A program made the position numbers and the translations under genes. From Rhodospirillales bacterium (lineage in GTDB: Bacteria > Pseudomonadota > Alphaproteobacteria > Rhodospirillales > Shumkoniaceae), in contig JANQJG010000111.1 of the NCBI GenBank assembly GCA_028281785.1, forward strand, positions 4,601 through 68,600: a stretch of 64,000 bases of DNA, in the 5' to 3' direction. The notes beneath the pieces were generated by a model, which was not told the DNA's origin, made no database searches, and saw nothing but the letters and a program-made list of their open reading frames with translations. Below, one piece after another: positions 1-11,158 of the stretch. The first letter of the stretch is position 1; the number at the start of each line of letters is the position of its first letter.

Positions 1-1
1 T

Positions 2-145
2 CCCCTCGGTTTCTTCAAGAGCCCGATCGCCTGCGTGTTGTTCGCCATCACCGCCATAGTCGTGGTCTACCCGCTGCTGAAACAGATCGCGAAAATCCGC
101 CGTTCGAAGCAAACCGATTCGAACGGGGATGCGACGACGGCTTGA
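2..145 (+). CDS. 3' end of an unidentified membrane-protein gene (partial, runs off the window start)
   Basis: Open frame from position 2 to TGA at 143-145 translates to PLGFFKSPIACVLFAITAIVVVYPLLKQIAKIRRSKQTDSNGDATTA. This is a hydrophobic helix followed by a basic tail, with GC3-rich codons. No start codon lies in the window, so it is absent from the ORF track. Confidence 0.3.
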   Translation, partial: PLGFFKSPIACVLFAITAIVVVYPLLKQIAKIRRSKQTDSNGDATTA

Positions 146-160
146 ACGGCCTGGACGCCG

Positions 161-1123
161 CTACGCTTTCGCCGCTGCGGCCCGTTGCCACAGCTCGCGC
201 GCGGCCTCTTCCACCGCGTCGACGCTCAGGCTGTCCATCAGGTTGCATGGATTACGGTGGTCGAACCCGGGCGGGAAGATCTCGTCATACCCCTTGCTCG
301 CCCGCACCACGCCGCAAAGGGGACCCCAGGGCGCATAATGCTGCTCGGGGCTCGGCCCGAAAAGCCCGAGCGTCGGAATCCCGGCCGCCGCCGCCAGATG
401 CATCAGGCCGGAATCGTTCCCGATATACATGGCACAGCGGCGAAGGCAGGCGAATACCTCCAACAGATCCAGGCGGCCGACCAGATCGAGCCGGCGCTTC
501 TTCGGAACGGCTTCGATCGCCTCCAGCACCTGGGGCCGCTCGTCATCCCGCCCCAAGATCGCGATCCGTGCGCCCCTGAAAACGCCTTTTCCGGACGTCA
601 ACCGCGTGACGAGGGCGGCGAAATTCGCCGCCGGCCATGTCTTCGCCGTCCAGTTGGCGGCCGGTCCGATGGCCAGCACCGGCCCGCCGTCGGGAACGCG
701 ATCCCGGGCCAGCCGCTCCTGCGCGCTGCCGACCCAGATGCATGGCGCCGGCGGATCTTCCTCCAGATCAAAGACGCTCGCCATTTTCACAACGCGATGG
801 ACGGATTCGCGATTTCGTCCCAGATGCCGTGATTGGCGCGCGCGCAACAGGTATGAAAGGGGGGCCCTGCGAAGATCGACCACAATGTCCCAAGCCGTCG
901 ATACGCAGCGGGCCCACATCTCCAGCCAGTGCAGGGACCATACCATCTTGTCGAGGGCGATGACGCGCTCGATGTTCGGCGCGGCGGCAAAAAGGGGCGC
1001 CGCCGGCCGGCCGCAGACAACCGTGATGCGGGCCTTTGGATATTGGTGGACAAGATGGTGGAGCAGTCCCGTGGAGAGGACCGCGTCGCCGATCCGCGTC
1101 GCCGTGATGAACAGGATCTTCAT
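161..1123 (-). CDS. Glycosyltransferase family 9 (ADP-heptose:LPS heptosyltransferase-like)
   Basis: ORF 161..1141. The N-terminus MKILFITATRIGDAVLSTGLL and the C-terminal IGNDSGLMHLAAAAGIPTLGLFGP motif are typical GT9. ATG at 1123 is preferred over the GTG at 1141. Confidence 0.8.
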   Translation of the reverse strand: MKILFITATRIGDAVLSTGLLHHLVHQYPKARITVVCGRPAAPLFAAAPNIERVIALDKMVWSLHWLEMWARCVSTAWDIVVDLRRAPLSYLLRARQSRHLGRNRESVHRVVKMASVFDLEEDPPAPCIWVGSAQERLARDRVPDGGPVLAIGPAANWTAKTWPAANFAALVTRLTSGKGVFRGARIAILGRDDERPQVLEAIEAVPKKRRLDLVGRLDLLEVFACLRRCAMYIGNDSGLMHLAAAAGIPTLGLFGPSPEQHYAPWGPLCGVVRASKGYDEIFPPGFDHRNPCNLMDSLSVDAVEEAARELWQRAAAAKA

Positions 1124-1281
1124 CTCCAGCGTTTCCCGCACTCCTTTTCACACCCCCAGCGCGGTTTACACGCCGCCCATATGGCCGCGCAAGAGCCGAA
1201 CTCTTGCATTGCCGTGGTTTCGGGCCAACTCTGTTCTGACGCCGTTCCACCTTCCTTCCTGGTGCGCTACAGGTTTTCCCA

Positions 1282-2178
1282 ATGCCAAAACCATCATTTA
1301 CCCATCTTGAGACACGCGGCACTCTGATCCTCGAAGGCCCCGACACCCGCGCCTTTCTGCAGGGGGTGGTGTCCAACGATGTCGAGAAGGTGTCCCCGAG
1401 CCGGGCGATTTGGGCCGCCTTTCTGACGCCTCAGGGCAAGTATCTGCACGACTTCTTCGTCTTTCAGTTCGGCGAGGCCGTGGTGCTCGACTGCGAGCGG
1501 GCGCGGGCGGACGATCTCGTTCGCAGGTTGGGCATGTATCGGCTGCGCTCCAAGGTCTCGGTGAGCAACGCCTCCGAGCGCTTCGCGATTGGCGCGGTTT
1601 TCGGCGATGGCGCCCTCAAGGCTGCTGGCCTCGGGGCGGAGGCCGGGCTGGCCGCGTCTTTTTCGGGCGGCGTCGCCTTCGTCGACCCCCGGCTATCCGA
1701 GGCCGGCGGCCGCATCCTGCTACCAGAAGAGAACTTCGACCGCGCGCTCGGCGAATGCGGCCTAACGCCCGTCGCGTTCGAGCAGTATGATCGTTTACGG
1801 CTGAGCCTCGGCCTTCCGGACGGGAGCCGCGACCTCGCGGTCGAGAAGACTATCCTCCTCGAAGCGGGGTTCGACGAACTCAACGGCGTGGATTGGGACA
1901 AGGGCTGTTTCCTGGGTCAGGAGTTGACGGCTCGGACGAAGTATCGGGGGCTGGTCAAAAGGCGCTTGGTTCCCGTCGAGATCGAAGGGCCGCCGCCCCC
2001 GCCCGATTCGCCGATCCGCCTCGGAGACAGGGAGGTCGGCGAGCTTCGTTCTGTTTCTGACGGATGGGGGCTGGCTCTGATCCGCTTGGATGGCCTGGCG
2101 GCGGCCACGGAGGGAGCAAAGCTGATCGCCGGGGAGGCGAGCGTGACGCCACGCAAGCCGGCCTGGGCCTCGTTCTGA
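1282..2178 (+). CDS. ygfZ: YgfZ-type folate-binding protein (GcvT-like, Fe-S cluster repair/tRNA modification)
   Basis: 298 aa. It carries the signature KGCFLGQELTARTKYRGLVKRRL (the KGCYxGQE motif of YgfZ) and an N-terminal LEGPDTRAFLQGVVSNDV. Confidence 0.8.
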   Translation: MPKPSFTHLETRGTLILEGPDTRAFLQGVVSNDVEKVSPSRAIWAAFLTPQGKYLHDFFVFQFGEAVVLDCERARADDLVRRLGMYRLRSKVSVSNASERFAIGAVFGDGALKAAGLGAEAGLAASFSGGVAFVDPRLSEAGGRILLPEENFDRALGECGLTPVAFEQYDRLRLSLGLPDGSRDLAVEKTILLEAGFDELNGVDWDKGCFLGQELTARTKYRGLVKRRLVPVEIEGPPPPPDSPIRLGDREVGELRSVSDGWGLALIRLDGLAAATEGAKLIAGEASVTPRKPAWASF

Positions 2179-2209
2179 TCGCCGGGCTCGCCGGCTTTCG
2201 AGGAAGGGA

Positions 2210-2869
2210 ATGACGCCGCCAACCACCACCGCCAAACCGGGGAACCTGGACCAGATCGCCAAGACCTACAGCGATCGTCTCGCGCGATACGGCGCGACGG
2301 CGAACGGCGTCTTCTGGAGGAACGCGGAAGGGCAGTGGCTTCGCTTCGAAAAGCTGATCGGCGTCATCGATCCGTGTGACTCTGACGGCGGGATCACCAT
2401 CAACGACCTGGGCTGCGGCTATGGCGCGTTGTTCGAGGTCCTTTGGCACCGGGGGTTCATGCAGCACAGCTGCTATGTCGGCTATGACATCTGCCGGGAC
2501 ATGCTGCACGAGGCCCGCCTTCGCGTCACCCACCCACGCGCCCAATTCATTAACAGCGCGGTCGCGACCATGGAGGCGGACTATTCCCTCGTCTCCGGCA
2601 CGTTCAACATGAAGCTCGACGCCGATGACAAGGACTGGGCCCACTATGTCGAGGCCAGCCTGATCGACCTGTGGTCGAAGACCCGCAAGGGACTTGCCTT
2701 CAACATGCTGAGCCGCTCCCGCAGGCTGCTGCGCCAAGGCGACCTCTACTATGCGGACTGGCGCCGCTACGAGGCCTTCTGCCTTGGCACCCTCTCACCG
2801 AACGTGACGGTGCTCCGCGACTATCCGCTCGCGGAATGGACGATCTACGTCCACCGCCGCGACTCTTAG
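2210..2869 (+). CDS. Class I SAM-dependent methyltransferase
   Basis: 219 aa with motif I INDLGCGYGALFE. The substrate cannot be assigned from sequence. Confidence 0.65.
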   Translation: MTPPTTTAKPGNLDQIAKTYSDRLARYGATANGVFWRNAEGQWLRFEKLIGVIDPCDSDGGITINDLGCGYGALFEVLWHRGFMQHSCYVGYDICRDMLHEARLRVTHPRAQFINSAVATMEADYSLVSGTFNMKLDADDKDWAHYVEASLIDLWSKTRKGLAFNMLSRSRRLLRQGDLYYADWRRYEAFCLGTLSPNVTVLRDYPLAEWTIYVHRRDS

Positions 2870-2884
2870 AATCTGCGCATGGCG

Positions 2885-4087
2885 CTATGAGTTTCGCGCC
2901 CCAAACCAGCCCTGCGTCCGCAGGCAGATGCGCACCAGGAACAGCATCAGCGGCACCTCGATGAGGACGCCCACCACCGTCGCCAGCGCCGCTCCCGAGG
3001 ACAGGCCGAACAGCGTCACCGAGGTCGCGATCGCGACCTCGAAATGGTTCGAGGCCCCGATCATCGCCGAGGGCGCCGCGTTCTCGTAACTGAGGCCCAG
3101 CACTTTAGCCAACCAATAGGCAAGGCCGAAGATCAGCAGCGTCTGGATCGTCAGCGGGATGGCGATCCACAGGATCGTCAGCGGGTTGGCTGTGATGACC
3201 TCGCCCTTGAAGGAAAACAGCAGGACCAGCGTGAGCAGAAGCGCGCTGATCGTAATCGGCGTCAGGACGTGCAGGAAGTTGTTCTTGAACCACGCCTCCC
3301 CCTTGGCGGCGATGATCCATTTGCGCGAGAAATATCCGGCCACCAGCGGCAGCGCCACATAGACCCCGATCGACAGCAGCAGCGCCTGCCACGGCACCGG
3401 CAGGCGCCCCACGCCCAGAAGAAAGCCGCCGAGCACGCCGTACAGCACCAGCATCGTCAGCGAGTTGATGGCCACCATCACCAGCGTATGGCCGTCATTG
3501 CCGCGCGACAGATAGCCCCAGACCAGCACCATCGCCGTGCAGGGCGCGATCCCCAGCAGGATGCACCCGGCCAGATAGCTGCGCCAGAGCGGGATCTCCA
3601 GCATCTTGACGCCGTCGACCATCACCACCGTTCCGGCGCCGTAGGAGGCGCCGGCCGGCAGATCCACCCCGAAGGGCAGCTTCACCAGATCCATCGCCTC
3701 GGCGCCGATGAACCCCCGGAACAGGACGCCCAGGAACAGAAAGGCGATGGCGTACATGGTGAAGGGCTTGACCGCCCAGTTGATGAACAGGGTCAGGCTC
3801 ACTGGCTTCGCGGCCTTGCCCGCCTTGACGACCTCGGCGAAATCGATCTTCACCATGATCGGGTACATCATGAAGAACAGGCAGACCGCGATCGGAATCG
3901 AGACGATCGGCGCGCCCCCCACATCGAGCGTCAACCCGTCCAGATAAAGCGCCACGCCCGGCGCGGTCTTGCCGAGCAGGATGCCGCCGATGATGCACAG
4001 CGCCACCCACAGCGTCAGGTAGCGCTCGAAGACGCCCATCGCATCCTTCTTCGCCCGGCGTCCAACCGCGCTCTCCACCAAGGTCAT
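2885..4087 (-). CDS. acr3: Arsenite efflux permease, ACR3 family
   Basis: Polytopic membrane protein with ACR3-like segments ([33 protein letters not shown]). It is the last gene of the arsR-arsC-acr3 string. ATG at 4087 (MTLVES...) is preferred over the ORF-track start at 4153, which would overlap arsC. Confidence 0.85.
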   Translation of the reverse strand: MTLVESAVGRRAKKDAMGVFERYLTLWVALCIIGGILLGKTAPGVALYLDGLTLDVGGAPIVSIPIAVCLFFMMYPIMVKIDFAEVVKAGKAAKPVSLTLFINWAVKPFTMYAIAFLFLGVLFRGFIGAEAMDLVKLPFGVDLPAGASYGAGTVVMVDGVKMLEIPLWRSYLAGCILLGIAPCTAMVLVWGYLSRGNDGHTLVMVAINSLTMLVLYGVLGGFLLGVGRLPVPWQALLLSIGVYVALPLVAGYFSRKWIIAAKGEAWFKNNFLHVLTPITISALLLTLVLLFSFKGEVITANPLTILWIAIPLTIQTLLIFGLAYWLAKVLGLSYENAAPSAMIGASNHFEVAIATSVTLFGLSSGAALATVVGVLIEVPLMLFLVRICLRTQGWFGARNS

Positions 4088-4106
4088 ACTGATCTCCCCC
4101 GTTGCG

Positions 4107-4625
4107 CTAAGTCCCGGTGGTCTCCTCGGCCTCCATGCGGCCGATCTCGTCAACCTTCCTTTGAAGCGTCATCCTGTCCAGTAACGCGACGGGAAGGTTG
4201 ATGAAGACCGAAATCCGGGTGTGCAGCATGCGGAACACGCGAAAGAAGAAGGCTCTCTTCTCCTTCTCTGTCCCCTCGAAGGCGGCGGGATCCTCGACCC
4301 CCCAATGCGCCGTCATCGGCTGGCCGGGCCAGATCGGACAAACCTCTCCGGCCGCGTTGTCACAGACCGTGAAGACGAAATCCAGCTCGGGCGCCTCGGG
4401 GACCGCGAACTCGTCCCAACTCTTGGAGCGCAAACCCGCAGTCGGCAGGCGCGCGTATTCCAGCGTATCGAGCGCCATGGGATGAACCGTTCCCGTCGGA
4501 TGGCTGCCGGCGCTGAAAGCGATGAACCGGCCCTTGCCCTCATGGTTGAGGATCGTTTCGGCCAGGACGCTGCGGGCCGAATTTCCCGTGCACAGGAACA
4601 GGACGTTGAACACTCGCTCGGACAT
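4107..4625 (-). CDS. arsC: Arsenate reductase, LMW-PTP / thioredoxin-coupled type
   Basis: P-loop [11 protein letters not shown] (CX5R) plus downstream cysteines in [13 protein letters not shown]. It sits between arsR and acr3. Confidence 0.88.
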   Translation of the reverse strand: MSERVFNVLFLCTGNSARSVLAETILNHEGKGRFIAFSAGSHPTGTVHPMALDTLEYARLPTAGLRSKSWDEFAVPEAPELDFVFTVCDNAAGEVCPIWPGQPMTAHWGVEDPAAFEGTEKEKRAFFFRVFRMLHTRISVFINLPVALLDRMTLQRKVDEIGRMEAEETTGT

Positions 4626-4640
4626 CGATGGGTCGCTCCT

Positions 4641-5054
4641 TCAGGCTTCGGCACCGCTGGCGGCCGGCTCTGTCTTGCTCGACTCCAGAACCTTCGCCCC
4701 CTCGGCGCACAGAACATCGACGGGGATGCAGCGCAGCCGCTCAAGCCGCACGCGATCGGTTTCGATCGTCGGGTCCTCCACCAAGGTCTCCCTGATCGTT
4801 TTCAGCAGGGGCAGCGCATATGGGTTTAGGGCCCGGTCCGCCAGTCGGTAGTAGACCCACCGCCCCTCCTTCCGCTGCATCACGAGGCCCGCTAGCTTGA
4901 GCACCGACAGATGCTTGGAGACCGTGGCCGGCGCCAGATCCAGAACGGTCGTCACCTGGCAGACGCACAGCTCCCCACCCTCCAGCATCTTGAGGATGCG
5001 GACGCGGCTGCCGTCCCCGGCCGCCTTGACCACCATTTCGAACTGCTGGATCAT
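4641..5054 (-). CDS. arsR: ArsR/SmtB family metalloregulator
   Basis: Contains ELCVCQVTTVLDLAPATVSKHLSVLKLAGLV, i.e. the CVC As(III) site followed by a wHTH. It is the first gene of the ars operon. Confidence 0.88.
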   Translation of the reverse strand: MIQQFEMVVKAAGDGSRVRILKMLEGGELCVCQVTTVLDLAPATVSKHLSVLKLAGLVMQRKEGRWVYYRLADRALNPYALPLLKTIRETLVEDPTIETDRVRLERLRCIPVDVLCAEGAKVLESSKTEPAASGAEA

Positions 5055-5060
5055 GCCATC

Positions 5061-5098
5061 AACTATGATATTTCGTCATTGGACGAAATATCATAGTT
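5061..5098. promoter_or_regulatory. Perfect 17-4-17 palindrome, probable ArsR operator
   Basis: AACTATGATATTTCGTC (5061-5077), ATTG, GACGAAATATCATAGTT (5082-5098). The arms are exact reverse complements. It lies 6 nt upstream of the arsR ATG (5054). Confidence 0.6.
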
Positions 5099-5172
5099 CG
5101 GAAATGGCCGCCGATCAAGGCGGCCGGGCGAAAGACCGTTTCTCCCGGAAGAATCGATGTCCGGATAAGAAC

Positions 5173-5200
5173 GGGGCGGGAACCAGTCGGCCCCCGCCCC
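5173..5200 (-). terminator. Putative intrinsic terminator after ppdK
   Basis: GGGGCGGG (5173-5180) pairs with CCCGCCCC (5193-5200) across a 12-nt loop. On the minus strand it is followed by GTTCTTATCC. It lies 34 nt past the ppdK stop. Confidence 0.45.
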
Positions 5201-5233
5201 CTTCGATTGCGGTCGCGTGACCCGCGATGGGTC

Positions 5234-7909
<2,676 letters not shown>

Positions 7910-7914
7910 AGCTC

Positions 7915-10188
7915 CTACCCTTCTATCGTTGAGAAGTCGGCCACTTCATTGAGCGCCGACCGAATTGTGGACAACAAACGCAGACGATTCCGTCTCAGAT
8001 CGGGCTCGTCGCAGTTCACGGTGACATGATCGAAGAACGCGTCCACCGGCCCGCGCAAGCCGGCGAGAACGCTCATCGCCTCATGGAAACGTTCGGCGCG
8101 GATCTCCTCGGCCACTCTTGGCATCACATCGCCGAGGGTCCGACTTAGAATAGTCTCCTCTTCCTGGCGCAGCAGCGACACGTCGGCGTCGCCACCATAC
8201 ACCGCGCCATCCCTTTTCTCTTCGATGCGGACGATGTTGGCCGCCCGCCTGAAAGCCGTCAGCAGATCGGCTCCGTCCTCGGTGCCCAAAAACGAAGCCA
8301 AGGCGTCTACCCGGGCCAGCAAACGGACAAGATCGTCCTCACCGCCGAGCGAGAAGACCGCGGAAACCAAGTCGTGCCGGACCCCCTTCTCGCGGAGGTG
8401 AACCTTCAGGCGATCCGCGAAAAAGTCAAGCAACTCTTTAGTATCGAATTGGCTTGTGGCGGAGACGCCTTGCTCGACGTATATGGCGACTGAACGGCCG
8501 AAAATCTCGGCCAAGGGAACCCTCAAGCCGTTCTCGACGATCAGCCGGATGACACCCAGCGCCGCCCGGCGCAAAGCGAAGGGATCCTTCGAGCCCGTCG
8601 GCTTCTCGTCGATCGAGAAGAAACCGACCAGGGTGTCGATCTTATCGGCCAGCGCAACGCACACGCTGACCGGCCGCGGCGGGCAGTCGTCGGTCGGCCC
8701 GAGCGGCGAATAGTGCTCGGCGATCGCCTCCGCGATCTCCACCGGCTCGCCATCGTGGAGCGCGTAATAGCGTCCCATGACGCCCTGAAGCTCCGGAAAC
8801 TCCCCGACCATATCCGTCGTCAGATCGGCCTTGCACAGAAGCGCGGCTCGGTCGGCCGCCTCTCGCGGAGCTTCCGGCACGTATTGGGAGAGGGCCGTCG
8901 CGAGCTGCCGCAGGCGCTCGACCCGATCCCTGTCGCTGCCCAGCTTCGCATGAAAAATGCGTTCGGCCAGTTTCGGGACCTTGCTGTCGAGGCGTGATTT
9001 TCTGTCCTGGTCCCAGAAGAACTTCGCGTCCGACAGCCGCGCGCGCAGCACGCGCTCATTGCCCGCGATGATCTCTTTCCCTCCGTCCCGCGCCTCGATG
9101 TTGCCAACGACGATGAAGCGCGGGGCCAGCTTGCCGTCCTTGTCCAGGACCGAGAAATACTTCTGGTGCGACCGCATGGAGGTCGACAGAACCTCCGGCG
9201 GCAGGTCCATGAAGTCCTCGTCGATCCGCCCCATCAGAACCACCGGCCATTCCACCAGGCCGGCGACCTCGTGCAGCAGCCCATCGTCGGGCTTGAGCGA
9301 AAGGCCGGCGTCGGCAGCCGCCTTCTCGGCCCCGGCCCGGATGACCTCGCGTCGCTCGGCCGGATCGAGCATGACCTTGGCGTCCCGCAGCTTAGCCTTG
9401 TAGTCGGCGAAAGAGGTGACGGAGATCGCACCGGCCGTCCCACTCTCGTCACCCTCGGGCTTGACCCGGGGGCCCATGGATTGCCGGGTCAAGCCCGGCA
9501 ATGACGGGTCAGGGCGGATCCCAAAGGTCCCGTCTTGCTTCGCGAAGCGATGGCCGATTGTCCTATTCCCCGCGATAAGCGTGGCAAATTTTTCGATGTA
9601 TTCCGGCGTGTAGGAATCCTCGAAAGTTCCGAGATCCGGGTCCCAGTATGTTTCGGACCCACGGCGGTCGATCGCCAACTGGATCACGACGCCATCCAGA
9701 ACAGCCAGAATTCCGTGCAATGGGCGGACCCAACGCAGATCATAGTCGGCCCAACGCATGGACTTGGGCCAAGGCAGCTTACTGATCGCCGTGCGTAAAA
9801 CGTCTACCAGCACGCGGGACGTTTCTCGCCCGACCCGGCGTTGTATTGCGACATAATAGTCACCCTTCTTGGGATCGGAACGGACCTCGCAGGCGTCCAG
9901 GCTATCGAGACCGGCGGCCTTGAGGAAACCATTGACGGCTTTTTCGGGCGCGCCGACGCGCGGCCCCTTGCGCTCCTCGACCACGTCCGGCTGTTTTTCG
10001 GGCAGGCCATCGACAACCAGGGCCAGGCGGCGCGGTGTAACATAGGCTTCCGCCGCCGTGAACGTCAGCTTCTCCTTCTTGAGGCCGTCGGTGACGAGCC
10101 TTTTCAAATCCTCCGCGGCGCGGGCCTGCATGCGCGCGGGAATCTCCTCGGACAGCAGTTCGAGAAGCAGCTCAGCCATGCCCGGCAA
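7915..10188 (-). CDS. glyS: Glycine--tRNA ligase beta subunit (carries two extra segments, see findings)
   Basis: 757 aa. [26 protein letters not shown] and the C-terminal anticodon-binding region are collinear with GlyS. It overlaps glyQ by 17 nt and ends 5 nt before ppdK. Confidence 0.93.
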   Translation of the reverse strand: MPGMAELLLELLSEEIPARMQARAAEDLKRLVTDGLKKEKLTFTAAEAYVTPRRLALVVDGLPEKQPDVVEERKGPRVGAPEKAVNGFLKAAGLDSLDACEVRSDPKKGDYYVAIQRRVGRETSRVLVDVLRTAISKLPWPKSMRWADYDLRWVRPLHGILAVLDGVVIQLAIDRRGSETYWDPDLGTFEDSYTPEYIEKFATLIAGNRTIGHRFAKQDGTFGIRPDPSLPGLTRQSMGPRVKPEGDESGTAGAISVTSFADYKAKLRDAKVMLDPAERREVIRAGAEKAAADAGLSLKPDDGLLHEVAGLVEWPVVLMGRIDEDFMDLPPEVLSTSMRSHQKYFSVLDKDGKLAPRFIVVGNIEARDGGKEIIAGNERVLRARLSDAKFFWDQDRKSRLDSKVPKLAERIFHAKLGSDRDRVERLRQLATALSQYVPEAPREAADRAALLCKADLTTDMVGEFPELQGVMGRYYALHDGEPVEIAEAIAEHYSPLGPTDDCPPRPVSVCVALADKIDTLVGFFSIDEKPTGSKDPFALRRAALGVIRLIVENGLRVPLAEIFGRSVAIYVEQGVSATSQFDTKELLDFFADRLKVHLREKGVRHDLVSAVFSLGGEDDLVRLLARVDALASFLGTEDGADLLTAFRRAANIVRIEEKRDGAVYGGDADVSLLRQEEETILSRTLGDVMPRVAEEIRAERFHEAMSVLAGLRGPVDAFFDHVTVNCDEPDLRRNRLRLLSTIRSALNEVADFSTIEG
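9430..9528. repeat. REP-like GC-rich palindromic element embedded in frame in glyS
   Basis: Two nested inverted repeats. The first pairs GGGCTTGACCCGG (9457-9469) with CCGGGTCAAGCCC (9484-9496). The second pairs ATTGCCGGG (9480-9488) with CCCGGCAAT (9494-9502). Translations give [17 protein letters not shown] (gene frame) and [11 protein letters not shown] (opposite strand). Confidence 0.7.
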
Positions 10189-11062
10189 CCCCCGCTTCCC
10201 TGCTTTCCACCCAGCCGGTGCAGCATCCCCGCGCGAGCGCCCGCACCCGTCCGATATAGGAAGCCCGCTCGGTCACGCTGATCACGCCGCGCGCGTCGAG
10301 CAGATTGAAGATATGGCTCGCCTTGATGCACTGATCGTAAGCCGGCAGCGTAAGCGACTGATCCAGCAGGGATTGGCATTCGCCTTCCGCGTCCTGGAAG
10401 TGCCGCAGAAGGACCTCCGTATCCGCATGCTCGAAATTGAAGGCGGAATACTCACGCTCGGCCTGAAGAAATACGTCACCGTAGCTGACGCCAGCACCAT
10501 TCCAGTCAAGATCGTAGACGTTTTCGATTTCCTGGATGAACATGGCGAGCCGCTCAAGCCCGTAGGTGATCTCAGCCGTGACGGGATCGCAGTTGAAGCC
10601 GCCCACCTGCTGGAAATAGGTGAACTGGGTGACTTCCATGCCGTCGCACCAGACCTCCCAGCCCAGCCCCCAGGCGCCCAGGGTCGGGCTCTCCCAGTCG
10701 TCCTCCACGAAGCGGATGTCGTGGAGCCCCGGATCGATCCCCAGCCGATAGAGGCTCTGTAGATAGAGATCCTGCACGTCGTCCGGCGATGGTTTTAATA
10801 CGACCTGGAACTGATAGTAGTGCTGCATCCGGTTCGGGTTCTCGCCATAGCGGCCGTCCGTGGGGCGGCGCGACGGCTGCACATAGGCCGCGTTCCAGGG
10901 CTCCGGGCCCAGGGAACGCAAGGTCGTCGCCGGATGAAAGGTGCCCGCCCCGACCTCCATGTCGTAGGGCTGCAACAGCACGCAGCCGTAGTCGGCCCAG
11001 AAGGTCTGGAGCTCCTGGATCAAGGATTGGAAACTGGGTTTCCGGGAGGGCAGTTCGGGCAT
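10172..11062 (-). CDS. glyQ: Glycine--tRNA ligase alpha subunit
   Basis: 296 aa. [39 protein letters not shown] is highly conserved GlyQ sequence. Confidence 0.95.
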   Translation of the reverse strand: MPELPSRKPSFQSLIQELQTFWADYGCVLLQPYDMEVGAGTFHPATTLRSLGPEPWNAAYVQPSRRPTDGRYGENPNRMQHYYQFQVVLKPSPDDVQDLYLQSLYRLGIDPGLHDIRFVEDDWESPTLGAWGLGWEVWCDGMEVTQFTYFQQVGGFNCDPVTAEITYGLERLAMFIQEIENVYDLDWNGAGVSYGDVFLQAEREYSAFNFEHADTEVLLRHFQDAEGECQSLLDQSLTLPAYDQCIKASHIFNLLDARGVISVTERASYIGRVRALARGCCTGWVESREAGVAGHG

Positions 11063-11158
11063 GAGATCCCCGTCCGTACGCGGTCGGCGCGGAACATACT
11101 GCCGGCCCCATGGCCGGTCAAGGCGGCGCGACGCCGTCGGAATGGGTCAAGCAGGCTC

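Noticed and set aside
2210-2869. The possibility that the methyltransferase next to the ars operon is an arsenite methyltransferase (ArsM).
   Set aside because: It is convergent to the ars operon rather than part of it. At 219 aa it is too short, and it lacks the conserved cysteine pairs expected of ArsM. I keep it as a generic SAM methyltransferase.
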